Positions 48,260-61,500 of a stretch of DNA of 64,000 nt are shown piece by piece; position 1 is the stretch's first letter; each line of letters opens with the position of its first letter. The notes beneath the pieces were generated by a model. The model worked only from the letters and a program-made list of their open reading frames with translations. It was not told the origin of the DNA and searched no databases. The position numbers and the translations under genes are program-made. The stretch lies in assembly GCA_051294905.1 (NCBI GenBank), contig CM119371.1, positions 186,001-250,000 of the forward strand, in the 5' to 3' direction. Origin of the DNA: Botryllus schlosseri (Eukaryota).

Positions 48260-51200
48260 TGGTGACATTTCGAACCATTTTCCCCAGGTAGGTTTCTCAA
48301 GTCCAACTTACTAAAAAAGGCGCGATCGTATTTAGAAACAACTTCGTCAATCTCTTTGTTTCTGGCAGTAGCGGTTTTCTTTGAAGTTTTGGGCCTCTCC
48401 CTGAAGTGTGTATGTGTATATCCTTGCCTTGCCATACTTCAGCATGACTTTCCGTTGCCAATATTCGGTACTGCCCTTGTCTATCGAACGGATTTTTGGT
48501 CTCATGTGATTCCGTAACGTAAGTTTATTACGGATGGCTGTCATACCGACGCCTTGAAACGGAAGTGTAGTAGGATTTGAGGAATCTGCACAGAGAGTCG
48601 TTTTCGCGTCCGGTATTCCAGAGTTGTGCATCGTTTTCAGTCTTTTCTCGCGAACGACCGAATCTTCCGATGACTTTCTCTGAAACGTCTTCTGTTTGGA
48701 CTCAATTTACGATCGTCATCTTTCGACGAGTTGATTTCCTTTTTAGCTTCTGCTTTGGGAGCAATACCGCTTTACGCCGTTCGTTGATTTCGATCGCCTT
48801 CCTAAAAGGAGGAAATCGGTTGATTTGAGCGAGAAAAATAGTATTTGTATCACGTAACGGTAACTTGATATATTTCAAAAAGTAGTAGGCTACTTATTAG
48901 TAAGGCTGGGTACAATGATTCAATTTCTCGTATCTGATTCAAGTATTAATTCTAATGATTAGAGTCGAGTTGTGATATTATGCGATTCTTACAACTAGGG
49001 CGGCAGGGCAAAATCGGGCTTCGAGTCGAGTACCAGTCGTTATGACAAAATAACAGTGTGCATTATGTCAAAGTTCATATACAGAACTTTTATGCTACTG
49101 CCAATAATATTCCATGTACTCAGATATTTTTTCGACCATACCGATTTCAGTGCGCTTTGTGACAATGCTGTGGGTTGAGCATGACTTCTGAAACATGGTA
49201 ATATCAATAACATTGGTAGCTTCCTGCTACACGATTCGTATGCTGCGATACGTCAAGTCGAGGTTGCAAGGCTTCCACAGTGGAAAATACCATCGCCATT
49301 ATAATTCTCATTGATAAATAATCTTTCATTGGCAATGAGCGTATAATATCAGTAGGCTACTCCAAAAATTCCAGTACTCTACTCGAATCACTGTGCCCAG
49401 CCCTACTCACCACTAAGTGTAAATTTCTAAACAAAAATTGTAATTTCGATTTTCCACTGTGGAAGCCTAGGAACTCCATTGGACATATAACAGCATACGA
49501 AACCTTTCGTACAAAACTATATTAGCGGAAATGATATATCAGTAAAGTCGTGATCAATTCACAGCATTTGCAATGAAATAGGAATGGTTAACAAAATACC
49601 ATATTATTTTTAATTTGACGTAGAACCAGCATCATATTCCTTGTGGTCGCATGGAATGTACATATTTGCACTTTTCAAATTTTGTATACTGTTATGACAT
49701 CATGATTAGTGGTACTCGACTCGATGCCTGATAATAATCAATTCATGATCGAGTCACTCAGGTACTTGATTTTGACAACCTTACTCATGAGTAGTACAAG
49801 GACATTGTCAGTGGTCATCAACTCTCACAAAACATCATTATTCAATAATGAGTGGCACCATCTCAAAATCTATTCGGGTGGCCAACAAGTTACAAATCCC
49901 ATTGGGAGTGTATTTTTTCACATACTTTTTCAGGCCCCGCCGAGTATTATATTATTTACTGGTATGCAGACTTGTGTAAGCTACCAATCTGGATAGTTGA
50001 AGGTCAACTAAAAACTGGGTTTTTGATTAGTTGAAGTTGTGGATTTTGAAAAGTGAGTAGTTTTAGTTACAGTAGCGCATTAAAAAAGTAGTTGCCAATA
50101 ACTGGAAAACTCACGGCTTCGTTTTGCGTGAATCGTGATACCGTCTTTGTGTTGTGTGATGTTCTTGCAGCCATTTCTACCTCAGAGTCATCAATAAATA
50201 GACTGCCGTAGGGGTGTTAGGGGTTGAAAGCCTTCCCATTTTAACTAGAAACCCTTACTTTTAGAAGTGACGATTCCGTATCCAATATTTCCTATCTCGT
50301 TAGTGATTCAGTAATTTGTATTATCAGTGCTGTCAATTATCGACAGTGCATAGTGGTATGCGATCTGGTTAGTTAGTTGCAGAGCTTTAATGGTCGTGGT
50401 TACAGTTACGCATCTCGAACACCCAGCAGTTTGTAAGAGTCTGTTGGTATATATTATTTTAGGAAGTGGGTAGAGCTTTATCCTCATTGGCCGAATGGTT
50501 ATGATCAAGTGTTGTAAAGGAAAAATGATATCATAAAATGAAACAGAAAACGAGAAAAGGCAATGTCAAAGTCGCAAAATGTCTGCTTTGCTTGCAGTTT
50601 TACCTGTTTTCCAATGAAATTCGACTATGGGCCTCTTGATCGGTACGAAGATGCCAGGATTGTCATCAACACTTTTCGAAGCTTTCAAAGCGTGCTCGTG
50701 TTTGGTGATGTTAATGAATGCGTATCAGAGCGGTCTTCCGACTCCATCTTTGTTGCAAGTATTCTCGAGAATCCATGTTAACTGCACCATGTCGATCTTT
50801 GAATTGGGACAGGAGAAGCTCCTGAAAACATAATGGAATCAATTTATCGAAGTACTCATCAGAGTAAACGAGTTAGTCACACAAAACGGCTGCCAGCGCT
50901 TCTCTACTTTATCAGCTTGTGCAACGGTAAAATTTCCAAAAATCAAGGTCAACACAGAATGTAATGACGACAACAGCAGGCAATTTGAAACCAAGAATCT
51001 TAACATTAATCGAATGAGAAATTTGCTACTGTCCGTTCGATATCACACCTGTTATATCAGGTCTCATTGAAGCCTCTGAGAGACGGGATAAAACCAACCA
51101 CTATTGACCATTTGGTGTATTTTGGAAGAAACGCGACCATATGTTTGCCAGATATATAATACTGTCAAACATCGCTAATTTGGTATTTTAGAATGTCCTC

Positions 51201-54200
51201 AAATTTTGGAAAGTATTTATGACTCATGACTGGTCTTTAACGAGTTGTAGGCTACCTTCAAACATGGTACAGCGCTTGAAGCATTGTTCGCTGAAGACTT
51301 CCAGGTTAGCATAAGGTATCGCCAGGTTAGAAAAGGTTAAGAACCACTGCTCTAGTCATTTAGTATACTACCTTGATGATAGCACTTCATAGAACACACA
51401 CATATTTCAGCAGAGAAGTTGTGTCCAGTGATAATCAGTTTAACGAATGACTTGTGTCATAGCTATGAATGGAAATTGTTAACATGACGGATCGAATATT
51501 CTCAACCGATGCTACTTGTTCGAGGTTCTTACGCGAGGACAGTGGTTCTTAACCTTTACTAACCCGGTGAACCGTTACATTAATCTGAAAGCCTTTGGAG
51601 AACCCCATATTTTCGGCAAGTCGCTAATAAGCTACCAGGTAACACATCTAATACACTACCGTACTATAGAATACTGGTCAACTGAATCAACTTTGCATTA
51701 CCATCACTGATGAAGAAAAAAAAACATATAACATGATCACACAACATATATTACAGTAAATGATTGAGACTTCTGCTGTGTGAGTCTGGTTCAGAATGAC
51801 TTGAACAACTAAATAATTCTGGTTGTTTGATTGCACTAATTATAGGAAAATGTCGGTAATATAATTCTAACATAATTAGTGAAATTTGTCTTTGCTCCAA
51901 TTCTAATCCGATTTTTTAATTCTAATGTATTTTCTGGTTCATTCAGAATTGCTACAGGATAACTGTACCGTGCAAGACGAGTCGAGCATAGTGTGCAGAC
52001 ATTTGTCAGCGTCATGCTGATGAGAATAAGGTCTGATTTGATATGAACTTTATTCCATGTCCAAGCTTTTGCAAATTGAGTAATTCTAATTACAATCTAA
52101 TTTGGTAAAACTGTGTAGCTATGTAACTTGAAGTCTGGTCTAATTTGAAAAAAAAAACGGCCCAGTTATAATTCGAATTCTAGTCTAATTGGGAGAAAAA
52201 AATGTGCAGCTATAACTCTAATTCTAATTTAATTTCGAAAATCTGAAAATCATGTAGTTGTCCAAGTCTGGCTCACAAAACCCCCGGGGTAATCGTATGA
52301 GCCCCGGTTAGTAGGCACCGCTCCAAGGTAAAATACAAAGCATGCTAACAGTTGTGATTCTGACATACCTTCAACTTTTTACCATTCACACTTCTAGGAA
52401 GATTGTCAAAATATAGTCAAGTTGCAGAGAGACATTGGGATTTTTTTTGTTTGGCCCGTTTTGCATTGTCGATCTTTTCATGTTTCTTCCATTCGATTGC
52501 GTTGAGACCGTCCGCGGCTCGCGTTCCTACATAAAAAACAAACCACAGCCGGTCAATGTAGTCATCATTGCAATTTACTACAAGTGTTAATCAGATGTGG
52601 ATACTTTCGAAGTAGATTCTCGATTAGAGCAAAATGATTCCCACAATACACAGGAAGAATCTTGGAAACCATTTTTAACTACAACAACACAGGGGACTGT
52701 AACTCAGTAAAATAAGTGTTGTAACTTATCTCAAAACTACTCTGTAGTTTTCAAAATCAAAATGCAATAGTAAGAACCGTAGTTTGGTGGTGAAGTAGAA
52801 ATGGAAGTAGTCATAACATAACCAATTTAATTAGTTACCGGTACACTAAGCAAAGCATACTAAAAAGTTTTAGGAATCAAAATGGAGTCAAATGCCTTCC
52901 AAACGGAAGCAGTAATCTGCACAGCAAACAAAAACTTCATGTTGAGTGAAAGTGAGCTTTCAAAGTTGGTATATAATAGTTGCAAAAATTAGGTAAAATA
53001 CGGTAGTTGAGAATCAGTGGGTGATATGAACTCAAACGGGAACTGTACCACTCGGATACTATGATGATTAATTATGATAAAAATGTCCGAGAATGGATCT
53101 TTGATAAAAATGTATTACATGATACCATGCCGTAGACTGCAGGTCAGTCAGATATAATACAATTTTATACGTCGATACGCTAGTGCAGTGCTTTTCAACC
53201 TTTTTGAACACCATCAGCACTTTTTCTGCAAGATAAATTTCATGGCAACAAACCAATCGAAAATTGTTATACAAAAAGAAAATGTAGATGCTTAACAAGA
53301 TTTTGTTTTTATGTGCAAGAAGTAGGCGACTGGTTCAAGCTATTAAATGTCTCATTAAAAAGACCACTCAATTCCGTAGTTTTGATTTCAACTATAGTGC
53401 ACTAAACCCTTTTCGCCGAAATAAGTGTTCAGTTTTGTACAAGAACTTCTAGTGCTTGGATATCCAGGTGTTTATAAGAATCTTCCCACACTACTATCCA
53501 GAATACAGCTTCTCTCATATGACTTGGAAAGTAAGCTCCGAAACTAACATGAAGAATAAGCACATATGAGCTGGATACCTTGTGATACGCTGATAAACGG
53601 TGACCTTGGATATATAGAAACAATCTGCAAGAAATTCCACAAATTTTACCTGCATATTATCAGACCCCTTAGGTGGCGTGGCGACTCAAAATTATACCAT
53701 TTGCAACCCATACTTTGAGGAGCCGTGACGAAGACTGAATTTGCTTTACAGAAACTTGCAAGTGTGAGTCTGTGATGATGGTATGTATTACTATCTTCGT
53801 GCCTCGTGCTAATCGAACCATTTTTACGAAAATATGATGATTTTCAGGAGAAATAAAGCAGACAGTCATTTGTAAGTCATTAATGCCGCGTGTCGCAAGC
53901 TCAGACTCAGCTGATGTACTGTAACCTATACATGCCACTACACCCGGTTTTGTACCAGACTTTTTAGTAGGTAATAAATACAGCGCACAAATCGTAATTT
54001 ACTACGGCTGGCGTGAGACAAAGTTATTGTAAAAGATACGAATAGGTCAAACACGTTTTTACATTCACGTTTCAACGACCAAGGTTATGGAGCCACTGCA
54101 CTCAAATTTCCTATCGGGTTTATTTGAATTATTCCACGCCAGAACAAGTACGGTGACAATTATTCACTGTTTTCATCCGCATTCATCTGCACCACGTCTC

Positions 54201-56781
54201 TCATCCGCAATGCAAATTTTTCCACCCGCACAAATGCGTACCATCTCACAGGTTGAAAGGCACTGCGCTAGTTCATTTAATGGAGGACATCAAACTTTTG
54301 AATCGATTTATAAATTCGTAATGTATTTATCTGCGTCTTGTCATGACAGAGTTCATGCCCTACTTTGTTCTTGGCATACATCACAATTCAGAATAATGTA
54401 ATTGCTGGACCAAACTTTTTCAAAGTAACCTACCTTTCAACTACTTGAAGAATATTTATATGTGATTGTGTGACCGAAGAAGACTTAGAAACCAAATTCG
54501 TTACATATTTACTCTACCTTTTGGAGAGATCTGTGAGTATAATGAAGTCTGGAGTCGACCCCACACCAAAGTTGTTGCTTTTTGAAAATAAATCCAAGAA
54601 TCTGAATCAAGTTAGTGCTTTTTAATAGAGCCACATACAACGAGTGTGATATCAAAAAAGCACTAGCAACTGTCTAATTAAAATGAGCCTCTGATATTTG
54701 CTTTCAAGTTGCACACTTGCCTTGAATACGTTTTAGGTTAATTTTGATTTTTGATGACTGGTCTAGAGTAGGGCAGAACCACAATACTGAAAAGCTTGTG
54801 TTGGATATTGGCCTCATGTACCCGGTCGAACGAGACATTACCTACCGCGATACGAATTCCTCTTGTTCTAAATTTCATGATTTCGGTTCTTCTGTTGACT
54901 GGGAATCCTTTTCATATCAGTACTGCTCACTGCTTGATACGCTTGAATCTCTTTCGCGTTCAGGATCTTGCCTGAAATGGCAGCCATAGATTTATTGACA
55001 GACATACTTACGAACTACCATTCTAGTTAGTTGGTGATCATTATTCAGTTAGCTCTGGTTGCAGATTTTGAAAAGCGAGTAGTTCTAGTTCTTGCTCATG
55101 TTGCGGATTTCATAAGGTTAGTAGTGAGTGATAGCTGGGTTCTAATGACTCGACTCGAGTCACGATTTTTGGTGAACCGACTGGACTCGAGTATTTTCAA
55201 CAAATGAATAAAATGACTCAAATCGACTCGAGTTATTTTGTGCATTGACTCAACTTGTACCTGAGTCATTACACATGACTCGAACCAAGTCATGTGACTC
55301 GAAACTAGGACGGCCAACACAGACATTTCATTGTAACTTCAAAAAATAGTTATGTAATCACATTATTGGTATTTCGGCTATCGGTCCTGATACTTGTAAA
55401 ATAGGGTCAGGAACTGTTAGAATTGAGGAAAATTATGATATTATGAATGCGGGCAATTCTATATCACTAGAGCATGGTTGAAAAAGTGGGTTGAATCGGA
55501 TTGAGATCAAAACTTAACAGTGAACACAATGACATGGACTCGGACTTGACTCGATGTTGAATTGTAAATGACTCAACTTAACTCGAGTCAAAACTATAAA
55601 AGTGAAATTGACTTGTGACTCGGTCACAACCTGAGTTCTAGTTGCACAATTATAAAATGAACAACTAGAAAACACGCGTCTTCTTATGAAGTAAATCATG
55701 ATAGCGGTGTTCTGTCGTGATAGGTTATTGCGGTCATCACTACTGACATGGGCATAGCCTGGGTTTGAGGGTCGAAACCCCTGCCATTTGACGCTCGAAA
55801 CCAGTTCCTATTAAAATGCAGTTTCTATCTCATTTGCAATGCAAAGTTTGTATTATAATCAGAGTTAGATGTGTTTTATTGAGATAGTATGGGATTTCCA
55901 AAGGCCGTTAGGTCTACGTGTACTTGTAGTTGCGAGTTTTGCAATAGCCGCAATAGTGAATTAAAACTAAACACGGACACATCTACTTACATTTTCGTCT
56001 CAATTCAGCACGTCGACACAGTTTGTCGCTCCTTCCGAGGTCTTGAATTGGACGAGAGCGCATCTCTTGGTCATTTTTCTCCGATTCAACTCCCGAAATA
56101 ACCGTCTCTTGTCGATTCGGTCCATATTTCCCAAAATTCGCGGTATTTTGGGGTATTTTTAACTAAAAAGAAGGAAAAATTGCCAAAAAGGTGGAACTTC
56201 GGGCGAAGGGAGAACAGTTCTTGAAAAAGGAGGACAAATCCTCCTAAATCTGGACGCATAGTTAGAATTTTATGCTTTCTGATTGAGAAACCTTGCTGAC
56301 TACTTTGCCCACCTCTGCATATCGTCCACTTTTCCACTTCTTGTGACGTCAGGGTCAAAATTTGAGTACGTCACACATATATTCATCACCATGTTAGTTA
56401 TGAAAGCAGGCAACAATCTTCACCACCCAAGAAACGCGGACGGCAGATTTGTACGAATTGCCAATCTAGTTATTTGACAGTGAACGAAGTACTGGCTTTA
56501 TTGAGTAGTTCTAGTTGTAGCTGCAAGTTTTGTAAACTGAGCAGTCCTAGTTCATGTTTCAAGTTTTGAATATCCAGTGGTTCGCACATGACTGGTGGAC
56601 TACTGACTAGCAATACAATGAGACTCGTAACAAAATAAGCTCTACCTTGGCATAGAAAATCCGAGAAAGCCTTGGCCAAACCGTCTTCCAAAACATCGAG
56701 ACAGATTTAGAACAAATACAGTCCGTACTTTGCGTCCATCGTGAGACGTCTTGGAAGCGTATTTCTTCTTGGACTCGACAA
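48260..56781 (-). pseudogene. RBM28: Unprocessed (intron-containing) RBM28/NOP4 pseudogene, 3' half (RRM3-RRM4-C-terminus), copy 1
   Basis: GT-AG-bounded relic exons in RBM28 order: 56781-56646 (KVRTVFVLNLS..DVLEDGLAKAFSDF), ~56085-55991 (KRCALVQFKTSEGATNC), 54971-54842 (GKILNAKEIQAYQAVS..*NKRNSY), 53624-53579 (weak), 50821-50604 ([35 protein letters not shown]) and 48801-~48260 (KAIEINERRK..LRNHMRPKIRSIDKG..DEVVSKY). From memory, human RBM28 has GYAFAEFQEHEHALKAL..NNNPEIFGPLKRPIVEFS and PSHRGPKIRLRDKG. There are multiple stops and frameshifts. Confidence 0.85.
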
Positions 56782-57565
56782 CTGAAAGCAAGCAAGCACT
56801 AAAACCAAGCACATATGCGCTTGTAATTGCGTTTACTTATCTCTTATGGGTGCATCTATTTAGCCAATGTCGCCAACTCTTTTACTTCTGTAGCAATAAT
56901 GCCGGCAACTATACCGACGTGAGAGACACGGCGCATATTTTCGTTTGTATATTCATATTATGTTGAATTGCACAAAATCAGGGCAGTTTCATTCTACCTG
57001 TAAGAATTGGTATAAGGATATATATAGAGAGAGCAGCCAACCAGATGGAGATAGAAGCCGTCATTGATGTAAATCGAGTAAAATAATGTAACAGTTCCTG
57101 TTAGAGTCAAGACAGTTGATGACAATAATGCAACGCAAGTAAAATAATAAAATATTTTCTGACCGAGTCGAGATGGTTATCAAAATTTGGGCTTCTCAAG
57201 TATAGTTGCCGACATTGACTACATAGCTACACCCGCCTCTTAACGGGTATTCCAACGAGCCTGCTACGTATTATTTTGGTGGTCTGAATTGGTATTTGGT
57301 TTTCCGTCTAATTTCTTGAGTGAGCGAATCTTTTGACGATATTCTTTAGAAACGATGTCGGTTGAGATTCGATTTTGTATCGAAATCATCTGAGAAGTCA
57401 ATTTACCTTTTGTAGCGTCCTTCAGTAGCATCTGTATTAAGGTAATTAAATATACTTGAAAATGGCACCAATTATTGGACACATTTATTGGCTCATTGTC
57501 AATTCAGTAATTTGCGACACGCAATTTTGATTGGTTCGTTGCAGATCTTTAAAGGCTATAGTTCT

Positions 57566-58370
57566 CTACAGGGTTGGTGAGATGACATGCAATATAAGGT
57601 CAAAAACATGCAAAATAAGGTCAGCCACATGCAAAATAAGGTCAGTCGCATGCAAAATAAGGTCAGTCGCATGCAAAATAAGGTCAGTCGCGACATGCAG
57701 AATAAGGTCAGCCACATGCAAAATAAGGTCAGTTGCATGCAAAATAAGGTCAGTCGCATGCGAAATACGGTCAGTCGCCACATGCAGATTGCGGACTATA
57801 AGGTCAGTGGCACAAGAAAAAAGTCGGATTCGAAGTAAATATTTGGATTTATACACGGACTATTCTAGATGCGACTAATCACCCCGTAATCGAAATAATC
57901 GTCTGATTATGTTTTGTTTTAAACATCTTCACCTTTAGTATATAGATGAGGAATCTCAATCATGAAATTACTATATAGGAAAGATATTTTAAATTTATTT
58001 TTCATAAGAGAAAGACTTGGATTTCTAATTAAAATATGGATTTGGATTTACGCGCCGACTGATAATAATATTCTACATGCGACTGACTTCGTAATCAAGA
58101 TAATCATGGTTATCTTTTGATTGAAACATCTTAAGACTTAGGATATAGATAAGGAATTTCACTGTTGAAAGTAGGCTACTATACAGGAAAGATATTTTGA
58201 ATTTCGTTTTCATAAGAAAAAGAGTTGGATTTGGAGTTGAAATATAGATTTGGATTTATGCGCGGACTGACCTTATTTTGCATGTGACTGACCTTATTTT
58301 GCATGTCGCGACTGACCTTATTTTGCATGTTTTTGACCTTATTTTGCATGTCATCGCACCAACCCTCCTC
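57566..58370. mobile_element. TIR element with tandem 21-bp subterminal arrays
   Basis: AGGGTTGGTG(A/C)GATGACATGCAA inverted ends and 8-bp TSD ATAGTTCT (57558-57565, 58371-58378); the outermost 4 nt of the two ends differ. About 10 copies of CATGCAAAATAAGGTCAGTCG lie at left and 4 inverted copies at right, with an internal ~200-bp direct duplication. Confidence 0.85.
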
Positions 58371-58588
58371 ATAGTTCTAGCCTACTTCTAGTTTGGCATT
58401 TGAAAAATCCAGTAGTTTCAACAAGTTGGTTCATTTATACTATTTTAAAAAATGGTTATAGTTTCTTCCTTATTGGCTGGATGTTGATCAAGTGTTCAAG
58501 GAGGAATGGCGGCAGAAAATGAAACAGATACTGGTGAGAGTTTATGTAAAATATAAGATCAAAATATCAGCATAACTTGAAGTTTTAC

Positions 58589-61500
58589 CTGTTTTCCTAT
58601 GACGATTCAACTATGCGGGCCTTAATCGGTTCGAAAAGGTCAAGATTGTTATAGAAACAGCTCAAAGCTTAAAAAAAAAGCGTGTTCGACTGTTTGTGCT
58701 TGAAGTTGATGAATGCGAATAAGAGATATTTTCGAATTCTAACATGTCCGATGAAATTCTTCAGATCTCGTATCACTCGAGATCGAGTGAAAACTACACT
58801 GCATCGACCTTTGTATTGGAACAGGAGAAATACCTGAAACATGACGGCATCTGTAAATCGAAGCACTCAAGAGTAAACATGTTAGCCAATAGCAAAGAAA
58901 AGCTAGACTGTCAAATCCACTATTTCTGACAGTTTTGTTCTGCTCCCTTTTGCGAAAGCGGAAGCAAAGCTTTATCCAAGTTAACCGGAAATTCAATTGC
59001 TCTCTTCATGGTTGTGCCTACAACGCATTCAAAATACATTACTGTTGCGGAATACATTAATTGCTCCTCCTCTACAAAGCAGTAATTAGCACAGATCACG
59101 CAAAACGCACATTAGGTATAACTTCAGGTAAGCTGTATTGCTCACGTAGAGCAAATTTAAATTTCAGAATTTATTATAAAAAACTAAAAATAAGATTTCA
59201 AATTTTACTGCTATCCCCATAAAATTGTTAAGTTGCCTGAAAGAACGACGCATAATAATTTTTGCTCAATTCCAACGGGTTGAAAGCAAATATGCCATTG
59301 ACGGTTGGAAAACCCAGAATTATTATTGAAAAACTCGAATAACTTTGGTTCTACGTCTTGGAATTGCATCAAACTTGTTTTGCATCGTTTCCTTAGACAA
59401 CTCAACAATTTCATGAGTTTTTTTTTGAAAAAAAAAAATATATATTTATAATAAATTAATAAATTTCAATTAGCTCTGTGTCGGCCTCTGCTGGTAGGAA
59501 TTGAGACAAATTTGGTGTACAGTGTTGTTAGGCAACCTAACAATTTAGTCAGCGAATCCGGGATCCGGAAACAAAGTTATTTTTGAACAACCCTAATGGA
59601 TATTATGATGATTTATTCACATACAAATGTATCGGAACGTTACTTTGATAAAATTGTTATTCAAAAGTATATTATACCGTACCATGTCTATGACATAGAC
59701 CACACTACAGGTTTTCCAAATACACTACGATTTTAAATCTCAATTCAGAAATGCGACAAGTTGAACGACAGTTAATTAGTTATTGAATTGATTTAGAAAT
59801 TTGGAACGTATTTTCGGAATCATGTCATGACATAGTTTATGACCTACTTTGGACTTGGCATGCATCACGATTCACAATACTGCAATTGATGTACCATACT
59901 GTTTAAAAGTAGCCTACCCTACAACTGTATCAAGGATATTTACATGTAAAACCTAAAGCTGTGACCAAGTTGCAAGGTTCCGAGTCACAAGTCCAATAAA
60001 CTGTTGGGCTATAACTTCGACTCAAGTTGAGTCAAATCATTTTCAATTCACCACCGAATCAAGACCGACTGCACGTGAGGGAGCAATGCGCCGAGTCTTA
60101 GGGTGGAGCCCAATTCTTCTCCTCAACTAAGTAATACTCAAATGCGTATCTCCACTCAACTAAGTATCGATCGATACTCAGGGTTGAGTACGCGCCAATT
60201 CTCTCTACTCAGTTGAGTATCGATTTCCAGACGGCATTTTCCGAAAGTGCGTTGCCAGATTTTTTTAACCTTGACCCAGACACGCCTGGACGATTTTGTC
60301 ATGACAACGAGACGCTTTCCTCGTTATTTCGTCACAAATCCTGCTACGTAGACGTCGATCTCACTGATTTACCTTATCCAGACCCTTTCAATATGGCCCA
60401 ATAGAAATAATAGTAATTCTTCAAGATACCCAGAACATTCCTTTGCCCCACAGAAGTATATTTGCAAGATGCTACAAACCCATTCGAAATTTATAAAGAT
60501 AAGTTTCACAGCAGGAGACAACGTAAGTGCATGCCTCAAGATCAAAAGAATGCATCGATATCGTGTAAATATATAGAAAATGGACATTTCTTCAGGGTTT
60601 CTTTCCAATTGAAGCTCATCTATGCACGATTCACTTAGCTCCTCTATGATTAAACTTTGCCATATCCGCAGCATTCCTTGTTTCCAAAAGCTTTTTGCTG
60701 CTCTGTTCAGAGAGTCTCGTCTGAATATTGAAAGGTCTGGAGGTATAGTGACTCCATCCCAACACTGATATCACCGAGAAGTCTGTCAGCTCAAGTTCAA
60801 GATACTGCATTTACTTAATTGTGGAAGGAGCATTCGTAAAGTACCGGCAGCGTGAAATTCAATAGCTAGCAGCGGCACAAAACTTGTCGGTTTTGCTTGA
60901 CGATCGACCTTTGTCGTCATTTCTGTACCTATAAATTTCAAAAGCCAGTTGACATGACTTTTGTACGATAAAATTATACGGTATGAAACAAAATCCACCC
61001 AAGCGCCATCTCACTCATTCATTCAACGGAACTTGACGCTAGTGCCTTTATTTTGAGAGAGTAGAAGTTACCATTCCTTCCGGTATACCGAGATGCCGTA
61101 CGATACAGTGCATCCTCAAGATTACCGGACCACGACTGACCTATCGATCTCGCTTCCCATGACATGCCGCCCTATTTCTTGTCGCTTCTTTTCTATACTA
61201 TCTTCTTTACTTTCATTCAGTGTGCATGCCTCCTCTTTACATCGCCTAGGCCAAGGTGGGTGTCTGATTCCATAGACTACTCCTAGTCGCTTCGACATCT
61301 TCCTGTCTTTTCATTGTATCGCATTTTTTGTGGTATATTGAACTGATAAAATTGCTAATAAACCAATGATGATGATGATGATAATAAGTCGAAAGGGTAC
61401 ATAAGAGAATAACAAATAAACATAAAATCCACCCAAGCGCCACTGATTTCATTTGCTCAGCTGAAACTCACATCATGAAATAGAGCCGATTTACCTATAC

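Larger units (their letters stand above)
27120..48385 (+). repeat. Tandem segmental duplication: copy A ~27120-41520, copy B ~41537-48385
   Basis: Collinear high-identity blocks: 27120-27340/41537-41757, 27335-28610/42346-43600, 32936-33278/43698-44028 and 38048-41519/44031-48385. Most of the length difference comes from copy-specific insertions. Confidence 0.92.

Noticed and set aside
54751..54791. TGATGA...CTGA box C/D-like motif, also at ~62075-62114
   Set aside because: Only ~40 nt long and antisense to the RBM28 host. The CTGA is better explained as the complement of a minus-strand splice acceptor in duplicated sequence.
57264..57482. Possible additional RBM28 linker exon (acceptor at ~57432)
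   Set aside because: The position fits, but the low-complexity linker gives no recognisable motif, so I left it out of the pseudogene bounds.
57531..57878. Overlapping repetitive ORFs (CKIRSVA / MQNKVSR / HATDLIL repeats)
   Set aside because: Artefacts of a 21-bp tandem repeat that is open in several frames on both strands, inside a TSD-flanked element.
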